Source of the DNA: a bacterium
Lineage (GTDB): Bacteria; SZUA-182; DTGQ01
DNA: 33,494 nucleotides
Direction: 5' to 3'
Assembly: GCA_040752695.1 (NCBI GenBank)
Contig: JBFMGO010000063.1
Span: 1-33,494 of the forward strand
The notes beneath the pieces are model-generated. The model had not been told where the DNA came from, did no database searches, and saw only the letters and a program-made list of their open reading frames with translations. Positions 9,150 through 18,351 of the stretch are shown piece by piece; positions within the stretch are counted from its first letter, which is position 1; each line of letters opens with the position of its first letter. The position numbers and the translations under genes are program-made.

Positions 9150-12100
9150 TCATGTAAGTCTCCATCGAATAGTAAAAAGTTCCGTCCCCTCAATTTCCTG
9201 TTGCAGGCGAGTTTCAACATGATCAATCAATGTATCTTTCTGCCGCTCAATTTCGCGGGCAGCCTCGTCATATTCACGCCAGGCATCATCTCTCTTTTTA
9301 TCAAGGGTACGGATCTTTTTCTGGATCTCCAGCTTATCCGGGAGGTTTGGCGCTATCCGTGCCTGTTTTTTCAGATCCGCGATTTGATCGTCATAATCCT
9401 TGAGTGAAGTCTTGAGAGATTTGCGTTTATCTTCAGCCCACCGATTCAACTTGTCCATTTCTTCTTCAAAAAAGAGAGCGTTTCGCTGCGATATATCGCC
9501 CAGTACCTTATCCTTCATTCGCCTGTAGATAGCGCTGACACCGACACCGGTATTAACACCAGTGCCGTCACCAGTACGGATCCCACCATCAAAGGACAGG
9601 CGACTGAGGCGGTTGTTGCGGCTGCCTGGCGTATCTTCCGCCAAAAAGTTTGGAAGGCTGTGACACGAGATGTTGGAACACGGGAGATTAAAGAGCCGCC
9701 GGGCCTGATCTGCCTCCAGCTCTTTCCCTGCATCGGTTATTGCTGCCATAATAAGGTAATCTTCCGGCTCCGGTGCCTTAACGGTCAGGCACTTGGCTAT
9801 CAGGACTCCGGATTGACCGATGAGCGGGTTAATGGCTGATATTTTCTTTCCTGATGCCCTGTAGGCAGAGTAATCAAACACCAGTTCAGCATCGGGCAGG
9901 ACCTTGGCCTGTGCAGACTCGATTACCCACTGGGCCAGGGGATGCTGGAGCCGGTAATGGTATCCCAACCCGTTCTGGGGCTTGAGCTTAAGCATGTAAA
10001 GGCCAACCGGGATATTCCGTTGCGGAGATTGCTTTAAGGTGAAGGTCAGGGTCTTTTCATTAAAGGAAGCCCGGCCATCCAGCATGTGGCGTGTGGTATC
10101 CCAGAGCAGGGCTTTGTAGCGGTTCAGAGAGGCTTGCGTTTCGGCCTTGTAAACATTTAGTTTCTCGGCAACTTCAGCATCGAAATTTTCCAGCAGTTTC
10201 TGGCGGGTTGTGCACATATTTTCATTGACTTGAGTGCTTAATTCTTCCTGCAAGGCATCAAAAGATGCCTGGATTTCCTCCGTTGTTCTACAGGTTTGAT
10301 AAATTTCGGCAATGCGCTTTTCAAAATCGACTCCAGACTCAATGCTGCCCAGTACCTCATCACTTGCTCCGAACACGCCACTGAAAAGGCGGAATTTTTC
10401 TGACAGCAGCTCATAAACCCGCTGGTCTGCGGCATTGTTTTTATTCAGGAAATTTACAACTACCACATCGTGCTTCTGCCCATAACGATGACAGCGGCCT
10501 ATACGCTGTTCGATGCGCTGTGGATTCCAGGGCAGGTCATAATTCACCACCAGGGAGCAAAATTGCAGGTTTATACCTTCCGCCGCTGCTTCGGTAGCGA
10601 TCATGATTTTTGCCGTCTCGCGGAAGTACTCCACCAGAGCGGCGCGGGTATCGGCAGTGCGAGAGCCGGTGGCTTTATCCGTGCCCTCAAAACGGGTTTT
10701 CCAGGCGGCATAGATTTCACGGGATTTTGCATCGCTGTTTGAGCCGTTGAACAGGACTATATCATCGTCGCTGTACCCATTTTCGGAAAGCAACCTGAGA
10801 AGATAATTCTGTGTGCGCCGTGATTCAGTGAATATTATGGTTTTTTCAGCCCCTCCCAATTCTCTGGCCATTCTGAATCCGATTTCCAATGCCTGAAGAA
10901 GTGCCCCTCCCTTGGCATTCTGAGTAATCTTCATGGCCAGATCGCAGAAGATGCGAAGCTCCTCAATCTCAGCCTGGATAACATCACGCTCTTCTTCCAG
11001 AGAAGCATATTCATCTTCACGGCCATTTATTTCAGAGCCATTTATTTCACAATCACTTATTCGGCAATCACTTATTCGACGGTCATCTATTTGGCAATTA
11101 TCCATTTGACTGCCATTTATTGGGCAATCGCCCATTTCACATTCATCCGCTTCACGGCCAGCCATTTCACGATCATCTTCATACTCGTCCGCCAACTCGC
11201 CATATGCTTCGAAATCCTCCGCCAGGGTATTATCCAGTTCCTCCTGCCCGGCAGCATGGGTACGCTTGTGGCCTTTGTTGGTATGGCCTCCGTTATGGTC
11301 TTCATTAATGTTGGTAGAGCCTCCATTGATAATGGTATCATGACCTTCCCTGGTGAGGTCCCTGCGCCGCCGCTCCAGCTTATTGGCAAGAGCATCCAGC
11401 GCTCCTGCTATGGCAAATGTCGATGAAGCCAGGAGCTTGCGCAGGACCAGTGTCATCAGGGTGCGCTGGCTTACCGGAAGCGCTTGCAGATTCGGACGGC
11501 GAAGATATTCTGAAACCATGTCATAAAGGGTTTCCTCCTCATCCGAAGGAATGAACTCCTGAGTATGGGCTTTTCGCTCGGTAAACTGGATATATTCAAG
11601 CACCTGACGCCGAAGCGTTCGCTTGCAGACCAATTTCAGGCGCTGCTTGAGATCATCAAAACTGCTGTCTGAGGTCAGCCGGGCAAACTGAGTACGAAAA
11701 CTCTTCAGGTCCCCAAATGCATGTTCATCAATAAAACTGACTAGGCCATAAAGCTCAAGCAGAGAATTCTGTAAAGGCGTAGCGGTCAGGAGAAGTTTGG
11801 GCACGTGCTTAAGCGCCTGTTTCAATGCCTGGGCGATCTTATTGCCACTTTTATAAACATTTCTCAGCCGATGCGCTTCGTCTATAACTACCAGATCCCA
11901 GTTTACGGCCTGTACATATTCAGCTTTATTCCGGGCAAAATAGTAGGAGCAAATGACAATCTCAGGAATATCAAAGGGATTGATGCCAAAGGGGTTAATA
12001 CCGAAGAGACTACTGCCACAGGGAGTACTACCAGTGGGATTGCTGCCAGCGGGACTACCGCCAGAGGAACTGCTGCCAGAGGGATTAATACCAAGGGAAT

Positions 12101-12482
12101 TGCGCTTGCCATCCTCGATTGCTTTATTGAAGGTTCGGGCTTCAAGTATCTGGGACGGCAGATAGAATTTTTCCTGAAGCTCCTGATGCCACTGTTTTCT
12201 TAAACTTGACGGGAGTATGACCAGTATTTTGCGCTTTCCTTCCGCCCATTTCTGAGATAAAACGATCCCCGCTTCAATAGTTTTTCCAAGCCCCACCTCA
12301 TCTGCCAGAATAGCCCCTTTGGAAAGAGGTGAGCGGAATGCAAACAAAGCCGCATCCACCTGATGAGGATTCAGATCGACCTGAGAATCCATAAGCGTTG
12401 CAGCAAAACGCTCCACGCTGTCTGATGGGCACCGCCTGAGTAGTTCGTGTGCGAATAACTTGGCATGATAATCAGTAATCAT
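9150..12482 (-). CDS. SNF2-related helicase/ATPase associated with the type III R-M system
   Basis: LADEVGLGKT, IDEAH, LTATP, AAAEGINLQ, DLPWNP, EQRIGRCHRYGQ; start chosen at MITDYHAK (12482); several low-complexity insertions. Confidence 0.92.
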   Translation of the reverse strand: MITDYHAKLFAHELLRRCPSDSVERFAATLMDSQVDLNPHQVDAALFAFRSPLSKGAILADEVGLGKTIEAGIVLSQKWAEGKRKILVILPSSLRKQWHQELQEKFYLPSQILEARTFNKAIEDGKRNSLGINPSGSSSSGGSPAGSNPTGSTPCGSSLFGINPFGINPFDIPEIVICSYYFARNKAEYVQAVNWDLVVIDEAHRLRNVYKSGNKIAQALKQALKHVPKLLLTATPLQNSLLELYGLVSFIDEHAFGDLKSFRTQFARLTSDSSFDDLKQRLKLVCKRTLRRQVLEYIQFTERKAHTQEFIPSDEEETLYDMVSEYLRRPNLQALPVSQRTLMTLVLRKLLASSTFAIAGALDALANKLERRRRDLTREGHDTIINGGSTNINEDHNGGHTNKGHKRTHAAGQEELDNTLAEDFEAYGELADEYEDDREMAGREADECEMGDCPINGSQMDNCQIDDRRISDCRISDCEINGSEINGREDEYASLEEERDVIQAEIEELRIFCDLAMKITQNAKGGALLQALEIGFRMARELGGAEKTIIFTESRRTQNYLLRLLSENGYSDDDIVLFNGSNSDAKSREIYAAWKTRFEGTDKATGSRTADTRAALVEYFRETAKIMIATEAAAEGINLQFCSLVVNYDLPWNPQRIEQRIGRCHRYGQKHDVVVVNFLNKNNAADQRVYELLSEKFRLFSGVFGASDEVLGSIESGVDFEKRIAEIYQTCRTTEEIQASFDALQEELSTQVNENMCTTRQKLLENFDAEVAEKLNVYKAETQASLNRYKALLWDTTRHMLDGRASFNEKTLTFTLKQSPQRNIPVGLYMLKLKPQNGLGYHYRLQHPLAQWVIESAQAKVLPDAELVFDYSAYRASGKKISAINPLIGQSGVLIAKCLTVKAPEPEDYLIMAAITDAGKELEADQARRLFNLPCSNISCHSLPNFLAEDTPGSRNNRLSRLSFDGGIRTGDGTGVNTGVGVSAIYRRMKDKVLGDISQRNALFFEEEMDKLNRWAEDKRKSLKTSLKDYDDQIADLKKQARIAPNLPDKLEIQKKIRTLDKKRDDAWREYDEAAREIERQKDTLIDHVETRLQQEIEGTELFTIRWRLT

Positions 12483-12614
12483 GAGGACTCTTTCCGTATA
12501 CTTCGTGCTTTTATTTACAAGTATCAGCAATAGAAGGCAAGCAGAAGGCAAACTAAACTCGAAGGGTTTATCTTTCCCTGATTGGCCTCGCTAACCATTA
12601 CAACCCTCAAGAAC

Positions 12615-12645
12615 ATTGTATAATGAACGTTTCTTTACTGTAAAG
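12615..12645 (-). promoter_or_regulatory. Candidate sigma70 promoter for the helicase-mod-res operon with an overlapping palindrome
   Basis: Minus strand TTTACA-N18-TACAAT; perfect palindrome CTTTAC-T-GTAAAG (12633-12645) covers the -35. Confidence 0.4.
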
Positions 12646-12752
12646 TGAAATGGTTATATTTTCGGGTAGATACACGCCAATATTTTTGATTCCAATGGCT
12701 TATGATGAATGAGGACATCAAGGGGTAAAATTGATAGATACATCCTTAATAA

Positions 12753-12886
12753 GAATGGCACTTACATAATGAATCATGAAGCTAATTCCTTTTTAAGATT
12801 ATCCTTGAGTTCATTGCGGGATTGCTGAAGCCAGCCATAGGATTTAGGGCGTCGTTTTTTACGTCTTGGCTCGATGCGGTTAGGTC
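12753..12886 (-). mobile_element. 3' remnant of an IS4-family element (transposase C-terminus and right end)
   Basis: Minus-strand RPNRIEPRRKKRRPKSYGWLQQSRNELK...* (stop 12774-12776) resembles the IS4 RPxRxEPRxxKRRPK tail; followed by ...GTAAGTGCCATTC end; cut by IS66 at 12887. Confidence 0.7.
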
Positions 12887-13584
12887 GTGTCCTTCCGGTA
12901 AGCCTGCATGAAAAATAGGAAATAAAGCATTATCATAGGTTATCCAACAGACTAAGATAAGGGAGGATAATCTGTGAAACAAGATTGCGAACCAGTCGTT
13001 AAACCAACCATAGAGGAAATTAAAGAGCAGTTTATATTGTGGCGTAATAACCGGAAGTGCCGAGGGCAAGTTCCAGAGCAGTTATGGGAGGCAGCGATAA
13101 GGCTGGCAGAAGAATACTCCATTGGCCATATATGCAAAGTATTGGGCCTGAACAACAGGCAGCTTAAAAGGAGGATTCAAGCCCACAGTGGTAGTGGGTA
13201 TGGGGAGGAGGGAAAATCTTGCCATTTTGTGGAACTTGCCGTAAGCAGCCCAGAATCTGATACGGTAAGCGAGCCGGAATCTGATACTGAATACGTGATG
13301 GAGATGGAGGACCAGAAGGGAGGCAGACTGAAGGTACACCTCAAGGGAGGAGGAGCCAGCGTTAGTCTTGTGGAAATGGCAAAAGCATTTTGGGGGAGAG
13401 ACACATGATCCAGCTCACTCCCCAGATGAGGATACTGGTAGCGGTAGAGGCAGTGGATTTTCGCCGAGGGATCGATGGTCTGGCAAGGGTATGTCGGCAG
13501 GTGATGGGGGCTGATCCCTTTTCAGGATGGGTGTTTGTATTTCGCAATCGCAGAAGGACAGCCATAAAGGTGTTAGTGTATGAT
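12887..13584 (+). mobile_element. IS66-family element, 5' half (copy 1)
   Basis: Begins GTGTCCTTCCGGTAAG, shared with copy 2; carries tnpA and truncated tnpB; no tnpC. Confidence 0.85.
12974..13408 (+). CDS. tnpA: IS66 accessory protein TnpA-like (HTH)
   Basis: VPEQLWEAAIRLA...ICKVLGLN...FVEL; GGAGG RBS; ATGA overlap with tnpB. Confidence 0.8.
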   Translation: MKQDCEPVVKPTIEEIKEQFILWRNNRKCRGQVPEQLWEAAIRLAEEYSIGHICKVLGLNNRQLKRRIQAHSGSGYGEEGKSCHFVELAVSSPESDTVSEPESDTEYVMEMEDQKGGRLKVHLKGGGASVSLVEMAKAFWGRDT

Positions 13585-13593
13585 TTATGTTGA
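13405..13593 (+). pseudogene. tnpB: IS66 TnpB truncated by the RIT element
   Basis: VDFRRGIDGL...FVFRNRRRTAIKVLVYD, then runs into the RIT inverted repeat (LC*). Confidence 0.9.
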
Positions 13594-13676
13594 GTAGTTA
13601 TTTACGTGGAGTTGCTCACTTACCTGCTTCCTGATGCAAAATTCTCTAAATGGCAACTCCACATTAATTTTGGGCC

Positions 13677-14699
13677 TTATAGTGATTCAAGCCAATCAAG
13701 GATTGTTTTATCGCGATGCCATGGGGCTGTACTACATGCCTGTTGGTCCTGTACCGGTTTGATACTTTCGATCGCTTTGCGCTTCATTTCCAGGTCAATT
13801 GCAGCATAGCGGTTTGTAGTGTCGAGGCTCGAATGTCCCAACCACTGACTTATCGTTGATAAGTCCACACCGGATTTTATAAGAGCAACTGCGGTACTGT
13901 GGCGCATACTATGAGGATGAAGCCGTTTTGAACGGAGATTGGGAATAGAATCTTGAGCGCGCTTCAAGCAGTTATGCAAGATATGCCGGACTCCAAAGCG
14001 AGTAAGAGGTGCGCCTTGGCAGTTCTGGAATATGCGAACCTCAGAACCGAGGTCTATGTGCAGTTCTCCACAGAGGTGGCGCAAAAGTTCTGCGGTCTGA
14101 GGCCAGATAGGACAGTAGCGTTGTTTTCTTCCTTTTCCCATCAACTGAACTTGAAAAGGTTTAGTGAGTTGAAGATCACTAGCCCTCAGATTCAGAATCT
14201 CCTGAACCCGCGCGCCAGTGTTGAACATGGTTGATAACAGGGCATAATCCCGTCGTCCTTTGGATGTGGTCCGATCAATGACAGAGAGAACCTCTTTTAT
14301 CTCATCATACTCCAGATAATCAATCACCCGCGAAGTAGTTTTCTTGAATGGAATTCCCAATATCTGCTGGGCATGTTCCAAGCGGTCGGGATGCTGAGCA
14401 GCAACAAAGCGGAAAAAAGCGTGAATGGCAGAAAGCCTGTTATTTCGCGTGGAAACACTGTTATTACGTTCCTGTTCAATGTGAATAAGAAAAGAATGAA
14501 TTTCCTGAGGGCCAAGGTCATTCAGATCCAACGAAAAGGCCGGTCGATTCTTGTGGCAGGTAAGAAATCGCAACAGCAATACCATGCTATCTCGATAGCT
14601 ATGGATTGTGTGTGGACTCATGCCACACAAATGAGAGAGGTGATTTTCAAAGAAGCCTTTCAGCAGGACGGCAAGGAGGTTGGGTCGTTTAGTTTTCAT
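13677..14699 (-). CDS. Tyrosine recombinase, RitC position
   Basis: Catalytic set intact: GARVQE, GKGRK, HSMRH, LGH, TNRY. Confidence 0.92.
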   Translation of the reverse strand: MKTKRPNLLAVLLKGFFENHLSHLCGMSPHTIHSYRDSMVLLLRFLTCHKNRPAFSLDLNDLGPQEIHSFLIHIEQERNNSVSTRNNRLSAIHAFFRFVAAQHPDRLEHAQQILGIPFKKTTSRVIDYLEYDEIKEVLSVIDRTTSKGRRDYALLSTMFNTGARVQEILNLRASDLQLTKPFQVQLMGKGRKQRYCPIWPQTAELLRHLCGELHIDLGSEVRIFQNCQGAPLTRFGVRHILHNCLKRAQDSIPNLRSKRLHPHSMRHSTAVALIKSGVDLSTISQWLGHSSLDTTNRYAAIDLEMKRKAIESIKPVQDQQACSTAPWHRDKTILDWLESL

Positions 14700-14715
14700 C
14701 TTACGTCTTCCTCCC

Positions 14716-15690
14716 TTATACCTCTCGAATCAAAGAACCATAGTAAGCTGCAAAGGCTGAACTGGCGAGTGTGGCCAACGGTTCAATAAATCTCAGATAG
14801 TAGTACGTGGAGAGAATCGAAACATGACCCATGCAAGCAGCGAGAAATGGCAATTTGGCTTGGACATCTTCACCGTTACGGTACCATCGCAGGAGTGCGT
14901 TAACAGCAAAACTGAAAAGGAGGTCATGAATGCGAGGCAGACGGCCGTCTGGTTTCTTAATCCCGGCAAGATTAAACAGAATATGAAGGTTTCGTCTCAG
15001 TTGGGTACTTGAATACGTTCGACCTCCACAGTATGGATTATAGAGCAAAGAGGCATTTACAGGCAGTTGTGGTCGAACAGATTCATATGTTTTTAAAAGC
15101 TTTTCAACCTCCATAGCCACATCATCCGGCAAAGGCAAAAGGCGTGACTTGTGAAACTTCGATTCGCGAATCATGAGCGTTTGAGTTGATGGATTGTAAT
15201 CTGATGCAGTCAACCGTAGCAGTTCTCCCCGACGAAGACCGGTAGAGTATAGGAGAATCACGGCCAGGCGAGTTGTGGCTGCCCGTAAGGGGGATCTTGC
15301 AGAAACAGGGATACGGTCACTGTAGCTGAGAATCTTGGCGATATCGGGATCAGAGAATATATATGGTTGTGCCGTTGGATGGGCTTTTGGGAATTGAGAA
15401 GAATCAGGGACAAAACAGCCTGGATTAGTGCGTCTACGGTAAATGCAGAAATTTCTGACTACACGCATTCTCTCCAGCCTGACATTGCAGGAGACAGGTT
15501 CCAATGTCTGGCACCACAGTCTGAACGTTTCTGCAATGAGATCCGGATTTTCCTGCTTGCACAAAAACTGATCCAGCTTAAGCAGGATTCTTGACTGGTG
15601 TTCGAAGCAACGCCCTAAGGCTTGTTTGATATTGATATAGTTTACAATCTCATTCGCGACTGTGGATCGAAATGAATCTGTCTTGATCAT
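14716..15690 (-). CDS. Tyrosine recombinase, RitB position (HxxR altered to HDLL)
   Basis: GLRRGE, SKFHKSR, IHDLLFSF, MGH, TYYY; AAGGAGG RBS and ATGA overlap with ritA. Confidence 0.88.
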   Translation of the reverse strand: MIKTDSFRSTVANEIVNYINIKQALGRCFEHQSRILLKLDQFLCKQENPDLIAETFRLWCQTLEPVSCNVRLERMRVVRNFCIYRRRTNPGCFVPDSSQFPKAHPTAQPYIFSDPDIAKILSYSDRIPVSARSPLRAATTRLAVILLYSTGLRRGELLRLTASDYNPSTQTLMIRESKFHKSRLLPLPDDVAMEVEKLLKTYESVRPQLPVNASLLYNPYCGGRTYSSTQLRRNLHILFNLAGIKKPDGRLPRIHDLLFSFAVNALLRWYRNGEDVQAKLPFLAACMGHVSILSTYYYLRFIEPLATLASSAFAAYYGSLIREV

Positions 15691-16330
15691 GACTGCACCT
15701 CCTTTTGCCATTCTGGGGAACGCGGCATAGGAAGGGCAACCTCCCGCAAGTCTTCAGTGGCGAGTCGAATGTAGACCGCTGTACTTTCGGGCGAGCGGTG
15801 ACCCAACAGATCTCCAATCGCCTTTAAAGACAAACCACGACGCAACAGATGGAGAGCATAGGAATGCCGTAAACAATGAGTCCCTTTGAAGGGAATATCA
15901 AGTCCGCTCTTTCTGGACCAGGACTGAAAGGCTTCAATCACTGCTGTTGGCTTCAGAATACCATCAGGGGCTTTGAGGCGAAGGAAAATCTCCCGGTACT
16001 TGCCATACCGAGGGACGGTCTTGAGGTAATCATAGATTGCTGAACTAACCTCGTTTGTCAGAGGCAACTCTAAGGGATTGCCAGTTTTAGCCTGACAGAT
16101 CCGAATACAGCCGCTTCGCCATTTTATATCGTCGAGTTTGAGAGCTACAACATCGCATGCACGTAATCCATAGGTGGCCATCAAGGAGAACATTGTGTAG
16201 TCTCGCTTCCCAATAGCCGTACTCCTGTCAATAGAACGAAGAAATGCTTGCACTGTTTCCCATGGCAAGGCTCGCGGAAGTTGCTCCTGCCGGTAAATAC
16301 GTGGAGTATCGATCTGGCTGTCTAGTCCAG
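15687..16330 (-). pseudogene. Tyrosine recombinase RitA, 5'-truncated
   Basis: Frame extends upstream as GLDSQIDTPRIYRQEQLPRALPW to ~16330, where it abuts IS982; catalytic half retained (GLRACD, HCLRH, LGH, Y). Confidence 0.85.
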
Positions 16331-17139
16331 ATTCACCGTTTCGATGAGAGATCTTTTCCTGAGGAATATTTTATCTATAAGGGGAATGAGTTTATTTTTC
16401 ATGTTTTTCTTAATTTTCGTAATGAGTTCAATCCCTCTTTGAATAAGGGTTTCAAAAAGATCCTGGGATATGTATCCCTTATCGCCAAAGAGTTTTCCAA
16501 AAAGATCTTTGGTCAATTTATCTATGAGGTCTCTGTTTCGATCATCCACATTGCCAGGGGTGAGATTAAAGGAGAGCAACTCTCCCTTGTCATTGATAAC
16601 AATATGGAGTTTAAAGCCATAGAACCATCCTACAGAGGTTTTTCCTCTTTGGGCACTGCCCGCAAACACACGATGAGAGTGAATCCTTCTGGGATGGCAC
16701 ACTCTTAAAGGGGTTGAATCAATAAATGAGATTCCCGTTACTTGGCCAAGCCTCTGAGTTTGAAGATAAAACAGCAGGGGGATTATTACTCCTTGTGATA
16801 GCTCTACAAACCTGTTATAACTTACCAGGTTGGGGAAGGCTGAATGCAGAGAGCCGCTTATCAACTTTACATAATAATCCTTGAAAGTCCTATACTTAGA
16901 GAAATGGAAGTATATGATTATGGTCATGATTTCACTCATAGTTAAGCGGGTGATTTGACTCTTTTTACCGTTCCTGTTTCAAGTAATCTCTGTTCCCAGC
17001 AACTTTCGAATACCTTACAGTAATTATCAACATCATAGAAAATTTCTTCTAACATGGCTTTTGGTCCCCCCTTCTTGGTTTTTCTCTGATGCTATTAATT
17101 CTACCAAGATCGGGGGACTTCGCTATGTCGAACTCACGT
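16331..17139 (-). mobile_element. IS982-family element, frameshifted and 3'-truncated
   Basis: Left end ACGTGAGTTCG at 17139; ATG 17055 MLEEIFYDVDNYC..., 1-nt frameshift near 16950, then MSEIMTI...IDSTP...GWFYGFKLH...GDKGY...RSLIETVN, ending at the junction with ritA. Confidence 0.88.
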
Positions 17140-17217
17140 TAATTAATGTGAAGTGAAAAATAATTTATTGCCTTAAAAGACGGGGGCGGCTTGTAGCAAC
17201 TCCACATAAATAACTAC

Positions 17218-17406
17218 TCAACATAAATCATACATTAACACCTTGATGGCTGTCCTCCTGCGATTGCGAAATACAAATACATACCCTGAAAAGGGATCAG
17301 TTTTTATCACTTGCCGGCATACCCGCGACAAACCATCGATTCCCTGGCGAAAATCCACTGCCTCTACCGCCACCAGTATCCGCATCTGGGGAGTGATCTG
17401 GATCAT
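17218..17406 (-). pseudogene. tnpB: IS66 TnpB truncated by the RIT element (copy 2)
   Basis: VDFRQGIDGL...AIKVLMYD then LC*; same breakpoint as copy 1. Confidence 0.9.
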
Positions 17407-17975
17407 TGGTCTCTTCCCCAAAATGCTTTTGCCATTTCCACAAGACTAACGCTGGCTCCTCCTCCCTTTATATGGACCTTCAGCTTGCCTCCCTTCTGGT
17501 CCTCCACCTCCACCACATATTCGACATCAGATTTCGGCTTGCCTATCATGTCAGATTCTGCTTTATTTACTGCACCTGATCCACGCCTGCTTACCGAATC
17601 AGATTCTGGCTCGCTTACGGTAAGCTCTACAAAGTGGCAAGATTTTCCCTCCTCCTTCGGATACCCATTACCATTATGCTCTTGAACCATCCTCTTGAGC
17701 TGCCTATTATTCAGGCCTAATACTCTGCATATCTGCCCAATTGAGTAATCTTCTGCCAGCCTTACCGCTGCCTCCCATAACTGCTCAGGAACTGGCCCGC
17801 GGCACCTCTTGGTGTTACGCCATAATATAAACTGCTCTTGGACTTCCTCTATGGTTGGTTTAGCGATTGGCAGGCATTCTTCTTTCATAGCTTATCCTCC
17901 TTTATCTTAGTCTGTTGGATAACCTATGATATTGCTTTTTTACCTATTTTTCATGCAGCCCTACCGGAAGGACAC
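17227..17975 (-). mobile_element. IS66-family element, 5' half (copy 2, inverted)
   Basis: Begins GTGTCCTTCCGGTAGG on the minus strand at 17975; diverged paralogue of copy 1. Confidence 0.85.
17403..17888 (-). CDS. tnpA: IS66 accessory protein TnpA-like (copy 2)
   Basis: 161 aa, clear paralogue of 12974..13408 with extra 8-aa repeats. Confidence 0.8.
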   Translation of the reverse strand: MKEECLPIAKPTIEEVQEQFILWRNTKRCRGPVPEQLWEAAVRLAEDYSIGQICRVLGLNNRQLKRMVQEHNGNGYPKEEGKSCHFVELTVSEPESDSVSRRGSGAVNKAESDMIGKPKSDVEYVVEVEDQKGGKLKVHIKGGGASVSLVEMAKAFWGRDQ

Positions 17976-18148
17976 GGATTCTTCTCTCTCACATTAAATT
18001 TCCCGAATCCTCTTATTTCAACCGATTCTCGTTGAGCGAGTGAATTTTTAATCAGATTAATGGTCTGTTCGTATATCTGTTTTGACTGTTGGAGAGTTAA
18101 ATCGGGGAATTGGTTCCAGATTGATTTGATAATTTCTTCTTTGGTCAT
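17976..18148 (-). pseudogene. HU/IHF-family DNA-binding protein truncated by IS66
   Basis: MTKEEII...ESVEIRGFGKFNVREKNP, then IS66 end; the GRNP arm is missing. Confidence 0.88.
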
Positions 18149-18351
18149 TTTTGGGGGGACTCCCTGCCTTGCTTTATAGATTGATGGTTTAATATGGAAG
18201 AGATTTAGTTATGGGGAAATATTACTGCAAAAGTGGTTTATGTGCAAGGGGGATGTTGGGTTACGGAAATAAATTCAGCATCTTTTAGGTTCTCAGAAAC
18301 GTGGGGAAAAGAGCAAACAGATATTCCTCTTCCTTGGCTGTTAGTCAATCT

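Larger units (their letters stand above)
13585..17226 (-). mobile_element. RIT element (three tandem tyrosine recombinases), damaged
   Basis: Three co-oriented tyrosine recombinase genes; 32-bp terminal inverted repeats TTATGTTGAGTAGTTATTTAYGTGGAGTTGCT at 13585-13616 and 17195-17226 (1 mismatch). Confidence 0.9.

Noticed and set aside
12887..17975. Composite transposon bounded by inverted IS66 ends
   Set aside because: No target-site duplication, flanks belong to different interrupted genes, and there is no tnpC
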